Assembly: GCA_002269645.1 (NCBI GenBank)
Contig: NIVC01000068.1
Span: forward strand, 1-64,000
Reading direction: 5' to 3'
DNA length: 64,000 nucleotides
Source: Macrostomum lignano
Taxonomy: Eukaryota
Position numbers and translations under genes: made by a program. Within the stretch, counting starts at the first letter, position 1. The number at the start of each line of letters is the position of its first letter. The notes below the pieces were generated by a model, which was not told the origin of the DNA, searched no databases, and was given only the letters and a program-made list of their open reading frames with translations. This document shows positions 25,702-39,300 of the stretch, piece after piece.

Positions 25702-28384
25702 ATACAAAAAATAGCAATTGACTAAGTTTTGATTACAACCTTGTGCAAGCAAATGTAAAATACAACAAGTACAATTACGTCCTTGGCTTTGCTAATAAAT
25801 GTTGTTATTTTATGATGCAAAAATATTTACCTATACCTATTTCTATGATATATAGGCCTAGTCAAGTCAGATCTACAAGATCTAATCTAAATTACTGCAA
25901 TTGGCTATAAGTCAATGCTTAAATAAAGTTATAATATTAATACTTTGTTGTACTTTGTTCTTTTAAAGAATAATTTTTTTAAATATATTGTCTAATGTAA
26001 AAAATGACTTTTAATTGTAGCTAAAATATCATTGTGGGTGGATTTAACAAAAAATTCTTTAAAAGGAAAAGCAAAGCTCCATATTGCAGTAATATAAAAT
26101 ATTTAAATAGCATTATAAATGTGGTAGGCCAAATTGAAGTCAATGAAATTTCTAGTCAATGACTTTCTCATTGTCAGGCACTATATATTCTCTGTGCCTT
26201 GGGGCTTGCCCCTCATGGGTGTCAATCACACTATAAGCCCTTAGGCCTATTTTGGTCCATTTTGGTCTATTCTAAATGTTTCAATAAATTTATAGACCTG
26301 TTTGTCATAATACTAATATCTGAAAAGAGATAGGTATAAAGGTTACATTTTTATTGAGGAGATTTTTTATTATACTACAGAGTATTAAGGAACAAACAGG
26401 GGGTTCATGGCTCTATGGTTAGTATATAAAAACATACAGCTATATTGTATAACTAAAAAAAAACAATTTTCCTTTGCCTTCTGCTAGTGTCTAAGCTTAG
26501 CAATGAATAACTTCTTTAGAACTTGCTAAATACTTTGCTGCCAGTTTGCTAATGACTTGACTTTGGACATTAGCATTAGTAAGCTTGTGTTAATTCTTTA
26601 TGTCTATACAAAAAATGCTCATGCCAAAGTGCATGTGAACATTTAGCTATATGACCTAATACCTAATAGAATAAACCAGAATGCTCAAATTTTTTATATA
26701 TATTTTTCCTATATGTAGGCTAGCCTATAGATAGAAATTATATGCCAAAATTTTTCTTCACCTATTTTCATGCCAGAATTTTTCTAGGCCAGACACCTTG
26801 TTGACTTGACTATGGCTAGGCCTACTATATAGTTTATTAAGTCAGGTAGAATCCAAAATAGCTATAATTAGAGTTTTTGGAATACGGAATTTAAACAGTA
26901 TTAAAAAATAAAAGGTAGGATAAGACAAAGGAACAAGTGTAGAGCAAAAAGGAGTTCTTTAGGAATTCAATATAGTATACAGTCAGTTTTTTGGTAATTA
27001 AGGTAATATTAATAATAAATTAAGTGCCAAGTATATAAATAAAAGGAATGCATTATTGTAATAATAAAACAAATAAGAAATCTTAATAATTGTCCTCTGT
27101 CTTGTTTTTGTAAATTTTCATTTGAGAGTTAGGTTAAGTAGCAAACCTTTGCATTTTATATAGCAAAAAATAAATGCAAAATTAGCTAATGTACACATAA
27201 AACAGGAACTGATTGCATTTATAATAGGCCTATCTAGCTATAACCTATAAGCCCAATTAAAAGTAAATTTAATAGCATACTGGCATACAAAGGGTGACGG
27301 AAATACCAAGAACAAATAATACATAACTTTTGTTCTATGGGGTTCTGCAGACATAATCTGGTTATTAAAAAAAAATCAAAATTACAGTGGCAGTAGTAGT
27401 ATATAGAGCGCAGTTAGTAAGGTGATAGGCAATCTATATATATTGATAGGCCACGTGATAGACTATTGGTGCCTACATCATTGGGTGGCACCACGATGCC
27501 TGACTATTTTATTCGTCTCCTGTCTTTTCAACTATAGCCCATGCAATGCGTTCGTTCGACAAGAGTCCAGGCGCTAAACATTTAAAAAACCTTCCGCGTT
27601 TTAATTACACCGCTTTGCTTTATAACTACTTTAACAAAGATGGAAGTAAGCTGCGTCAGAAGTTTATGTGGATGCAGATTGCATCGCTTTATCACAAAAA
27701 AATTATTTTTGTTACTTTATAAATCATAAATTCGAGTTAAACAATTACTCGTGACTAAATTTTAGTCGCATTCCTTCTATATAGTGTCTTCTCTCGAAAG
27801 CACACAGTTCTTGATTCAATGTGGCTTCAAGTGAGTTCACTTGATTTTTTATATCTTCATTTTTTATTCAATGTTAATTGAGCGGCGAGAGAAACGATTG
27901 GCTGCAAAATATTTATGGTATAGTAAGAGACGCATTTCTATTTGAAGTTTAACAGTTTAAGAAAGATATTCATTATACTTGATTTAGGAATTATGCGATC
28001 CCTTGCTGCCGCTTATCTATGCTACTTAAAGTAACATAGTTGACAAATTTCTGATTCTCTAATGTGAAAACGCGTGATTTGTCCATGAGATCACGTGCAT
28101 ACCTTTTACCACAAGCACACGTGAACTGGCATGTTCCCGTGACGTGAATTGCAGGAACACGCGTAGCGCATGTATGTCCATGCGTATCGCGTGAAACATG
28201 CGTGAAAGTGCCGTTTTGGGCGCATGGTGTTAGCACATTGTGACGCTAATAAACTGTCTGTATCCATGATGTACACAGCTGTACAACTTAGACATCTAAA
28301 TTGAGTTTAAATACCTCCAATAATAATTTATTGATAAACTAAGTCTCCATCGATGCTTGGTTAAGCGGGATTATTGATAATGAT

Positions 28385-29445
28385 CGGTTACAAAATAAGC
28401 GCACAGATATTGATCGGTAATAGATTGAGCGCGCAAATATATTGATCGCTAATGGATTGAGCGTGCAGATATTGATCGATACTGGATTGAGCACGCAGAT
28501 ATTGATCGGTAATGGATCGAGCGTGCAGATATTGATCGATAACTGGATTGAGCGTGCAAATATTGATCGATACTGGATTGAGCACGCAGATATTGATCAA
28601 TAATGGATTGAGCACGCAGATATTGATCGGTAATGGATTGAGCCCGTAGATATTGATCGATACTGGATTGAGCGCGCAGATATTGATCGATAATGGATTG
28701 AGTGCGCAGATATTGATCAAACTTGGATTGAGCGTGCAGATATTGATCGATACTGGATTGAGCGTGCAGATATTGATCGATACTGGATTGAGCGTGCAGA
28801 TATTGATCGATAACTGGATTGAGCACGCAGATATTGATCGGTAATGGATTTAGCCCGTAGATATTGATCGATACTGGATTGAGCGCGCAGATATTGATCG
28901 ATAATTGATTGAGTGCGCAGATATTGATCAATAATGGATTGAGTGCGCAGATATTGATCAATAATGGATTGAGCGTGCAGATATTGATCGATACTGGATT
29001 GAGCGTGCAGATATTGATCGATACTGGATTGAGCACGCAGATATTGATCGATACTGGATTGAGCGCGCAGATATTGATCGATACTGGATTGAGCGCGCAG
29101 ATATTGATCGATACTGGATTGAGCACGCAGATATTGATCGATACTGGATTGAGCGCGCAGATATTGATCGATACTGGATTGAGCACGCAGATATTGATCG
29201 ATACTGGATTGAGCACGCAGATATTGATCGATACTGGATTGAGCACGCAGATATTGATCGATACTGGATTGAGCGCGCAGATATTGATCGATACTGGATT
29301 GAGCACGCAGATATTGATCGATAATGGATTGAGCACGCAGATATTGATCGATACTGGATTGAGCGCGCAGATATTGATCGATACTGGATTGAGCACGCAG
29401 ATATTGATCGATACTGGATTGAGCGCGCAGATATCGATCGCCAAC
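28385..29445. repeat. 30-bp minisatellite (about 35 copies)
   Basis: GATATTGATCGATACTGGATTGAGC(G/A)CGCA. Confidence 0.97.
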
Positions 29446-30934
29446 AGAATCGATAAATAACAAGTTAGACAGAACACAACAAAAATTTGTCTATGGATTG
29501 ATTTTGCACTTTTATTTTTATCGAAGATGTTTATATTTGAATATTATATGATTTGTTTCGAATAAATCAGTTTAGAATGGTATTAAGCTAGGGTTAATTC
29601 AATCAGTGTTTTTATTCTGAAACGATTTGTGCAACAAAGACTGATGGATTTAACAGTTGAACAGAATGCAGTAGGCTGTAGATTGAATGATAATTGAAAC
29701 GACATTGTATATAATATAGGCAGGGGGTGTAGAATTTATATACGAAGGGGTTTCATAAATTGATAAATTTGTATACGCGTAGTACATAAGACCCGGTTTA
29801 AATATGCGTAAGGGTTAAAAATTTGGATTGAAAAGGCGTTTTTTCTTTACTAAAAAAGAGCGTTAATAATGAGTAAGTAGCGGGAAACTTGAACGAAAAC
29901 TAGAAAAATAAAAGATTCCAATTTTAATAACTATCTAAATTGAACTTTTCTTATTGCTGCTGTAATTAGTCTCTGTTCTTTAGCACTAAATCTATTTTAA
30001 CCACAACCGTTCAACATTAAATATTAACCGAAATAAGGGGGGAGACAAGCAGAAACTAGAAAGTAAAACGGGAAAAATTCCACTAGCTTTGGCGAAACTG
30101 TCAAGAGGAAAAAATATTAACCCCAGCGTGCGCTCAACTCAACTCGCGCTACTGAAACTGGCACTACTTATAGTAGCTAGGCATCGAGATGGCTGAAAAA
30201 TGCTCGCGCGGATTGGCATCATTATTACACAGTTCTGTTTTAAATCGATTTGTAAAATTAAAAAAAAACGGCGAAATTTGAAAGGACAAAGGAGAATGAT
30301 AAAATTAACATTTAACTAAAACCATTTAAAGTTAATTTGTTGCTCTCTGTGGGAACCACAGTTCAAGAAAACTGATTTAAAAATTCTAATTAGCTAATTC
30401 CAGGCAATGCGTAAGGGAGAAGAACTTGGCTTAAGATATGATCAACTGTTGAATACTTAGGGGCAAAAAACAGTTGATAAAACAACGAGAGTTCTATCGG
30501 GAACAACGGTGTCGATATAACAGTACAGAGCGAGCAAATAAAACAGTCGAATAGGACTGACGAAACAAGCATTTTGCTGCTTGTTTTCTTTTGTTGGAAA
30601 TTTCAATCTTCATTTTAAAGAAGCTATAATAAAAACGCAAAGCTAAAAGCAAACGGCATTGTACGGCTACTCAAGATCTCGGATTTAATAGTAGCATTGA
30701 AAGGAAATCTTTATGAGGATTTCAAGGATTAAAAACTAGTTTTTTAGGAAATGAAAAATAAGACTACGAGTATAATTAGATTGTTACAGTAAATTATGAC
30801 GCAAACCTGCAGTTTCTCAGAAACTTTTCAGCATTTCATTAAAGAGTTTAATATGGCTTTCGGTTCTCAAGTTCAGAGCTGCACTGCATGCTTACCATTC
30901 GTGTCCAACGCTCTCATAACTAATCACTCAGGAG

Positions 30935-32188
30935 TCAGTTGCCGTGCGAAGTATGGTCCATGTACTTCAGTCCGGGACGACCGTCGCCTCGGCCTCCCAG
31001 CATGAGCCGAGCTTGAGCCTGCTGTTGCTGCTGCTGCTGTTGTTGTTGCTGCTGCTGGCTCGGAGGCACGCCCGGGCCTTTCTGCACCTGGGCAGCGTAT
31101 TGATGGTAAAGCGGCGCCTGGGCGGGCGAGTACGGCACCAGGCCAGGGCTGAAGCAGTCACCACCGTTAGCGGCAGCGGCAGCAGCGGCAGCGGCGGCTG
31201 CGGCAGCAGCAGCGGCCGCGGCTGGGCCTCGAACGGGCGAGCTCTCTGAATCAGTGTTAGCGTCCAGGCTGCTAGGGTCCGAGCAGGAGCTATAGTCGCT
31301 GGTTAGGCTCCCGTTATAAGCGGCCGGAGCGTAGTAAAGTATGTCTGCGCCGGTAGATCCAGGATTTCTAGAGCCGGCGGATGCCGCGGCGCCGAAGCAG
31401 GGCAGAGCAGCAGCTGCGGCGGCCGGATTGATGAACTGCAGACCGGCCGCGTTCTGGTGGCCGGCGGCGGCGGCTGCAGCCGCAGCGGCTACAGCTGGCG
31501 ACCAGGGTATCGGCACGTGAGCCCCCGATTGGCTAGCGAGGCTGGATGCGATGCTACAGACTGGGCCGCCGTTAGCGCCTACGCCAGCGCCGTTCTGCGC
31601 TCCGCCTGCGCTTCCATTGATTGCTGTGCCGGCGCCGCCGCCGCTGGAAATCAGCGGGCTTGCGATGGCATAGGATGGATACTGCAACTGTTGAGGCAAA
31701 TAGAAGGCAGGAGCGTAGGCTGCACCGTACTGCGGCGTCTGTAGCATAGACTGGGTTGTAGCGTAGCCTAAAGGCAGACCGTCTTGACCTTGGAGCAGCA
31801 CGTACTGCACCTGGCCCGGCGCCGCGACCACTGAACCCGGTCCTCCGGCGCCGATATGCGGAGCCTTCGGAAATGTGTTCTTTTTAACGGCCTTGGATAT
31901 GTTGAGTTTGCGATCCTTGTACATTAGATTCTCGTACTCTTGCGAATTCAGAATCTTCTGCGCCACATCCTTGGAGTCAAACGTAATAAAGCCGTAACCT
32001 TTAGAAGCGCCTGTTCGATCAAAAATAATCTTCACATCTTTGATCATGAACTTGTCGAATGTCGATGTTAAAAAATTTCTAAATTCGTTTTCGTCGGCGT
32101 GGGGCGGTATTCCTCCGATGAAAATCCGGTTCTCAATTACTGTCTCAGTCGCAGAGGATTTAGCCAGAAGACTCAGATCAGCAGTCAT
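30935..32188 (-). CDS. boule: Boule/DAZ-family RRM protein, intronless, 417 aa, with poly-Ala and poly-Gln tracts
   Basis: RNP2 NRIFIGGI, VKIIFDRTGASKGYGFITF (RNP1) and LMYKDRKLNISKAVKK follow the Boule RRM signature; Tyr/Pro/Gln-rich segment afterwards. Confidence 0.85.
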   Translation of the reverse strand: MTADLSLLAKSSATETVIENRIFIGGIPPHADENEFRNFLTSTFDKFMIKDVKIIFDRTGASKGYGFITFDSKDVAQKILNSQEYENLMYKDRKLNISKAVKKNTFPKAPHIGAGGPGSVVAAPGQVQYVLLQGQDGLPLGYATTQSMLQTPQYGAAYAPAFYLPQQLQYPSYAIASPLISSGGGAGTAINGSAGGAQNGAGVGANGGPVCSIASSLASQSGAHVPIPWSPAVAAAAAAAAAGHQNAAGLQFINPAAAAAALPCFGAAASAGSRNPGSTGADILYYAPAAYNGSLTSDYSSCSDPSSLDANTDSESSPVRGPAAAAAAAAAAAAAAAAAANGGDCFSPGLVPYSPAQAPLYHQYAAQVQKGPGVPPSQQQQQQQQQQQQQAQARLMLGGRGDGRPGLKYMDHTSHGN

Positions 32189-32964
32189 GATTTCGCAAGC
32201 AGGGGTAACTAATAGAAAGCAAGATCAATGCAAAGCAAGATTAAATCTATGTTTTACTGGCTGTGCTAGGCGCGCTCTCAATCTTTCTAAGTTTTAACCG
32301 ACGGGCGGGAAGCGAAGTGAAGGCTCGAGAAGACAGGCCGCAGAGGTTTTATTTAGCGAAGCCCTAGACAAAGAAAACAGTTTAAATCGTCTTTGGTCGA
32401 AGCTAATTTCTCCTGCTCCCTCCCGCTTCTGATTGGCTCTCGTGAAGGTGACGAAGTTTACGATTAAAGCCTTGATTTTCTTGCTCCTTCTTACCCCCTA
32501 AACCGTTACTGTAGTCTAATATAGAACCATTTAGAATTCCATTCCCTCACCCTTTTATCGATCGGTTTTGCTAAGCCAAAACAACCAACCACCCAGCTAG
32601 CCGACTTCGCCACCCCAACCCTCTTAATTATTTTGGCATTAACTGGCGCAAGCCAAGACCGCTATTTTATCGATCGGTCAGCAGTCAGCAGCCTGAAGAG
32701 TAACAGCACCCCAGACCCCTCCCACTCCGCCACGCCCGTACACCAGCATCAGTTAAGCCAGCCACTGCTTAAGTTCTTATCAGTACAAGGGAAACTTGAT
32801 TCTTTTTTTAACTGTTTTATCAGCTGGGCTTATACTCGTAATAATAAAGTTATAGCTGACGAGGCGTGTGGGCGTGGCTGATGTAAATAACACCATCAGA
32901 CGTGCACCAGTTGAAGTTGTACACTATGCTGGCAATTAAACCAATTAACCTACATGGTAAATAG

Positions 32965-33056
32965 CTAGTTAGGTCGAAGTGCAGTCCGGAAAAATTGCCA
33001 ACGAGGAGCGAAGCGAGCGAAGCGAGCGTAGCTCCTCGTTGGCAATTTTTTCGGAC
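32965..33056 (-). mobile_element. Helitron/Helentron-like terminus, copy 1
   Basis: 26-bp inverted repeat (32984-33009 / 33031-33056, one mismatch) with a GCGAAGC-containing loop; on the minus strand the hairpin is followed 15 nt later by CTAG. Confidence 0.5.
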
Positions 33057-33337
33057 AAACGAGACCGAGATAAGATGTCCCGGAGACTCCCCCAACGTAA
33101 AATCAACGTTTTAGAAAATAAAATTGATGCAGAGTTAAAACCACTTGAGATGAAACCATGTGTGACCCCTCTATGGACGTAAAACATTTAGGGCTACAAG
33201 ATGTGTGACGTGAAAGTTCCATAGCAACGCGTCTTGGTTGCCATGGCAACAAAAAAGTGACTTTTTTTAGACCCGTCCAAATCTTGAATCTCAAAAAATA
33301 AGGATTCACAATATGGAGTCAAAAATTGATTGAACCC

Positions 33338-36300
33338 AACTTTTGGCGAATTTTCAGACCTTCAAGACACTGATTGGTTATTTTCCGCTAAATGCTTACC
33401 TTGATAGGTAATTCTGTAAAAGTGTGTTTTTTAAGTGTCAAAAAATGCGCATTTTTATCAACTTTCAACTGACGCAGCTCAAAGGTCGCGCGTCAGCGCG
33501 ACCTTTGAGCTGCGTCATTCTAACAATGGCACCTGGGACTCTTACATGACGCACGACTTTAACCAAGATACTCACTTTAACTGTACATTCGCACCTGTTA
33601 ATTACATTCGAATATTCGACGGGTAGGTATTCGAACCGAAATAAAGGAAATTCAACCTTGTTGCGAGACTCTAAAAAGTACATGAATGCGGTCATTTAGG
33701 TAAGATCTACATGTTTATAATACATTTTGAGCCGTTTCGTTGCACTGACTCTGAGCCATACACTGCTAAAGTCGATAAACGTGATTTAGGCTATTTTTAT
33801 GTATTTTTCATGATACAAATGTACAAAAAATAAGAAACGACGACATGCTAGGAAAATCAGACTTTTTAGGCAAGGTGCACAACTAAATTGCGCACAATAT
33901 GTATATTTTGAAATTTCGTCTTAGTTTATTGAAGTCGCTGCCGGTACAGAAATGTACTTTAACGACGGTACGGGGGGCTTGCATATCGAACATACTTTTT
34001 AGCCTGTAACTTTTGAGCGGATTACCGGAGCGCGACGCGCTTGGTGTCATTGAACTACATTTTAGATGTACTTTAATTTGAATGTATGTTCGCTGTCATT
34101 GCACGATGCGTTGTACACCTCAGGTCAGGTCACGTGACTTGCTGGAAATGAAATAATGACTTTGTACCTATACTAAGGATAGGTGAAGCGTAAGAATGAA
34201 CCAAAATTTGTACTTATTAGAAACACCTAGATGACTACTGTCAGAAAAAATGATATTCACGTCTGTCAGTTGCAAAATTTTGTTATAATTGACTTTTAAA
34301 ATCGAAAAACGTGATTTTGTGCAAAAACAACCTATATGAGCACACATAGGGTGAAAAATTTATTGATTTTCGCTATGAGGTTCTTAGCTTCCAAGAGCAC
34401 TATTGTGCCCAGTAAACACGTACAGATGACTGCTATCTTCGTTAGTGTGCGAAAATTCGTATTTTTACGCTAATAACATTTACCGAATTACGAGGTTCCG
34501 GTGTTATGCGTTTTTTTGCTATATTTCACGCTGCCATTTATTAACGATGCTACGCCAGGCCTTCAGTGTGGTGTCAATAGTTAGCATTTAAAAAGTGCTT
34601 TAATTTGAGTGTATGTTCGCTGGCATTGCACGATGCGTTGTACACCTCAGGCCAGGTCACGTGACTTGCTGGAAATGAAATAATGACTTTGTACCTATAC
34701 TAAGGATAGGTGAAGCATAAGAATGACCCATATTAGTACTTATTAGAAACATCTAGATGAATACTCTCAGAAAAAGTGACATTCACGTCTGTCAGTTGCA
34801 AAAAAAATTTTTAATTGACTCTCAAAATCGAAAAACATGATTATGTGCAAAAACAACCCATTTGAGCACTACATAGGGCGGAAAATATATTAATTTTCGC
34901 TATGAGGTTCTTAGCTTCCAAGAGCACTATTGTGCCCAGTAAACACGTACAGATGACTGCCATCTTCGTTAGTGTGCGAAAATTCGTATTTTGACGCTAT
35001 TAACATTTTACCGAATTACGAGGTTCCGGTACTATGCGTTTTTTTGCTATATTTCACGCTGCCATTTATTAACTATCCTACGCCAGGCCTTCAGTGTAGT
35101 GTCAATAAATAGCATTTAGCAAGTGCTTTAAGATGACATCATGCGCATTGCGTTGCGTAAAAGTGTGGGTCCACAGTTTCGTAACAAGTTAAAATGACCT
35201 GATTTCGCAAAAATCTTTAAAACAAAAAATACCAAATAGGTAACTAAAAAGCCTTTTGAAACTGAATAAAAAATGCACATAAAAGTGCTATTTTGTAACG
35301 TAAAAAGTCTTGCGTCCTGCAAAAATCTTCTATGGTGACTTTTTGGAGCCGTGAAGTGTAAAAACGTGCGCATTTTTAAAGCTGTTGAACTTACTTTTTG
35401 AGGTATATTTTGAAAATAGGCATTTTATAAATTGTATAACAAAATTTAATTGAAGAAAGCAATAAGGTAAAATAGAATTCGAAATTATTTAATTTTGAAA
35501 TAATTAAACTGTACATTTCAGTCGTTCTGTTCCTTATAATTTCTACAAAAATTTAAATTTAAATCGGTTATGTTAACAGTAGTTTATTGCTGTAGGACAA
35601 ATTTGACCCCAAATTTTCAAAGCAACTTATCTAAGCAAACGCTATCTAAATCTGAAATATTTTCAAGCTTCAATCTGTAGCTATAATATTCGGTTTTGTT
35701 ACGCTATTTATTCGTATCCTACTACATTATATATAATTATTGTACAATATATTATATTCTACAAGTACAAGTTTTAATTGTAATATATTCAATTGTTATC
35801 AGTTTTACACTGTAAGTGTAAGCTTCAAATTTTATTTGAAATATAACTGAAGTATAGTACTTTAATATTATTTTATAGCTAATTAATTGTATTCTGCCAA
35901 ATATTTACGTTTTTTTTCTCTGCTTTGCTTTTTGCTCCATATTTTTATAAATTATAGTCATATTTACATATATCTTTTAAAAGTACTCATCCTTTCACAT
36001 TTTATTTTGTAGTTATCAGTCAAATTTAACTTGAATTTTCCTTTTGTTTGCATAATTTTGACTTAAGACTTTAGTTTTGAAGTAAGTATTCTTTTTATTT
36101 CTTCATATGTTTAGCATAGTACAAATATCTGTAGTACTCTGCTTAATGGTAGAAGTTTGTGGACACTTTTTATAAATTCTGCTCAATTTATTATAAATTT
36201 AGCATTTTTGCTAGACAATATATACATGCCAATGCTCCTTATATCAAGCAATGCTTGAAAGTGCTAGACACTTAGTTTATGGTGAATTTTTACCAAGGGA

Positions 36301-39300
36301 TGTTTTTTTGCTGATATAGAATTCCTAGAAGCATGTACAAAAACATGGAATATGCCTGAAAAAACTCTAGAAAATATGCACTAAATCCAAGAAAAAATGT
36401 TGAAAGCACAAAAACTACATGGCACACACCGCCTATATGCCAGTATATTATGCTGCAGCATATTAATCCACAATCCAGTAGCAAAAAGTAGAAACTTTTG
36501 GCGAATTTTCAGACCTTCAAGACACTGATTGGTTATTTTCCGCTAAATGCTTACCTTGATAGGTAATTCTGTAAAAGTGTGTTTTTTAAGTGTCAAAAAA
36601 TGCGCATTTTTATCAACTTTCAACTGACGCAGCTCAAAGGTCGCGCGTCAGCGCGACCTTTGAGCTGCGTCATTCTAACAATGGCACCTGGGACTCTTAC
36701 ATGACGCACGACTTTAACCAAGATACTCACTTTAACTGTACATTCGCACCTGTTAATTACATTCGAATATTCGACGGGTAGGTATTCGAACCGAAATAAA
36801 GGAAATTCAACCTTGTTGCGAGACTCTAAAAAGTACATGAATGCGGTCATTTAGGTAAGATCTACATGTTTATAATACATTTTGAGCCGTTTCGTTGCAC
36901 TGACTCTGAGCCATACACTGCTAAAGTCGATAAACGTGATTTAGGCTATTTTTATGTATTTTTCATGATACAAATGTACAAAAAATAAGAAACGACGACA
37001 TGCTAGGAAAATCAGACTTTTTAGGCAAGGTGCACAACTAAATTGCGCACAATATGTATATTTTGAAATTTCGTCTTAGTTTATTGAAGTCGCTGCCGGT
37101 ACAGAAATGTACTTTAACAACGGTACGGGGGGCTTGCATATCGAACATACTTTTTAGCCTGTAACTTTTGAGCGGATTACCGGAGCGCGACGCGCTTGGT
37201 GTCATTGAACTACATTTTAGATGTACTTTAATTTGAATGTATGTTCGCTGTCATTGCACGATGCGTTGTACACCTCAGGTCAGGTCACGTGACTTGCTGG
37301 AAATGAAATAATGACTTTGTACCTATACTAAGGATAGGTGAAGCGTAAGAATGAACCAAAATTTGTACTTATTAGAAACACCTAGATGACTACTGTCAGA
37401 AAAAATGATATTCACGTCTGTCAGTTGCAAAATTTTGTTATAATTGACTTTTAAAATCGAAAAACGTGATTTTGTGCAAAAACAACCTATATGAGCACAC
37501 ATAGGGTGAAAAATTTATTGATTTTCGCTATGAGGTTCTTAGCTTCCAAGAGCACTATTGTGCCCAGTAAACACGTACAGATGACTGCTATCTTCGTTAG
37601 TGTGCGAAAATTCATATTTTTACGCTAATAACATTTACCGAATTACGAGGTTCCGGTGTTATGCGTTTTTTTGCTATATTTCACGCTGCCATTTATTAAC
37701 GATGCTACGCCAGGCCTTCAGTGTGGTGTCAATAGTTAGCATTTAAAAAGTGCTTTAATTTGAGTGTATGTTCGCTGGCATTGCACGATGCGTTGTACAC
37801 CTCAGGCCAGGTCACGTGACTTGCTGGAAATGAAATAATGACTTTGTACCTATACTAAGGATAGGTGAAGCATAAGAATGACCCATATTAGTACTTATTA
37901 GAAACATCTAGATGAATACTCTCAGAAAAAGTGACATTCACGTCTGTCAGTTGCAAAAAAAATTTTTAATTGACTCTCAAAATCGAAAAACATGATTATG
38001 TGCAAAAACAACCCATTTGAGCACTACATAGGGCGGAAAATATATTAATTTTCGCTATGAGGTTCTTAGCTTCCAAGAGCACTATTGTGCCCAGTAAACA
38101 TGTACAGATGACTGCCATCTTCGTTAGTGTGCGAAAATTCGTATTTTGACGCTATTAACATTTTACCGAATTACGAGGTTCCGGTACTATGCGTTTTTTT
38201 GCTATATTTCACGCTGCCATTTATTAACTATCCTACGCCAGGCCTTCAGTGTAGTGTCAATAAATAGCATTTAGCAAGTGCTTTAAGATGACATCATGCG
38301 CATTGCGTTGCGTAAAAGTGTGGGTCCACAGTTTCGTAACAAGTTAAAATGACCTGATTTCGCAAAAATCTTTAAAACAAAAAATACCAAATAGGTAACT
38401 AAAAAGCCTTTTGAAACTGAATAAAAAATGCACATAAAAGTGCTATTTTGTAACGTAAAAAGTCTTGCGTCCTGCAAAAATCTTCTATGGTGACTTTTTG
38501 GAGCCGTGAAGTGTAAAAACGTGCGCATTTTTAAAGCTGTTGAACTTACTTTTTGAGGTATATTTTGAAAATAGGCATTTTATAAATTGTATAACAAAAT
38601 TTAATTGAAGAAAGCAATAAGGTAAAATAGAATTCGAAATTATTTAATTTTGAAATAATTAAACTGTACATTTCAGTCGTTCTGTTCCTTATAATTTCTA
38701 CAAAAATTTAAATTTAAATCGGTTATGTTAACAGTAGTTTATTGCTGTAGGACAAATTTGACCCCAAATTTTCAAAGCAACTTATCTAAGCAAACGCTAT
38801 CTAAATCTGAAATATTTTCAAGCTTCAATCTGTAGCTATAATATTCGGTTTTGTTACGCTATTTATTCGTATCCTACTACATTATATATAATTATTGTAC
38901 AATATATTATATTCTACAAGTACAAGTTTTAATTGTAATATATTCAATTGTTATCAGTTTTACACTGTAAGTGTAAGCTTCAAATTTTATTTGAAATATA
39001 ACTGAAGTATAGTACTTTAATATTATTTTATAGCTAATTAATTGTATTCTGCCAAATATTTACGTTTTTTTTCTCTGCTTTGCTTTTTGCTCCATATTTT
39101 TATAAATTATAGTCATATTTACATATATCTTTTAAAAGTACTCATCCTTTCACATTTTATTTTGTAGTTATCAGTCAAATTTAACTTGAATTTTCCTTTT
39201 GTTTGCATAATTTTGACTTAAGACTTTAGTTTTGAAGTAAGTATTCTTTTTATTTCTTCATATGTTTAGCATAGTACAAATATCTGTAGTACTCTGCTTA

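Noticed and set aside
28388-29477. Repeat ORFs (QYLRAQSSID, INICALNPVS) and a CRISPR-like look of the 30-bp array
   Set aside because: Units are contiguous with no unique spacers and no cas genes; a eukaryotic minisatellite.
30944-31744. + strand ORFs opposite boule, and antisense ORFs over dynein, pol and NCBP3
   Set aside because: Shadow ORFs of GC-rich coding sequence with no independent signals.
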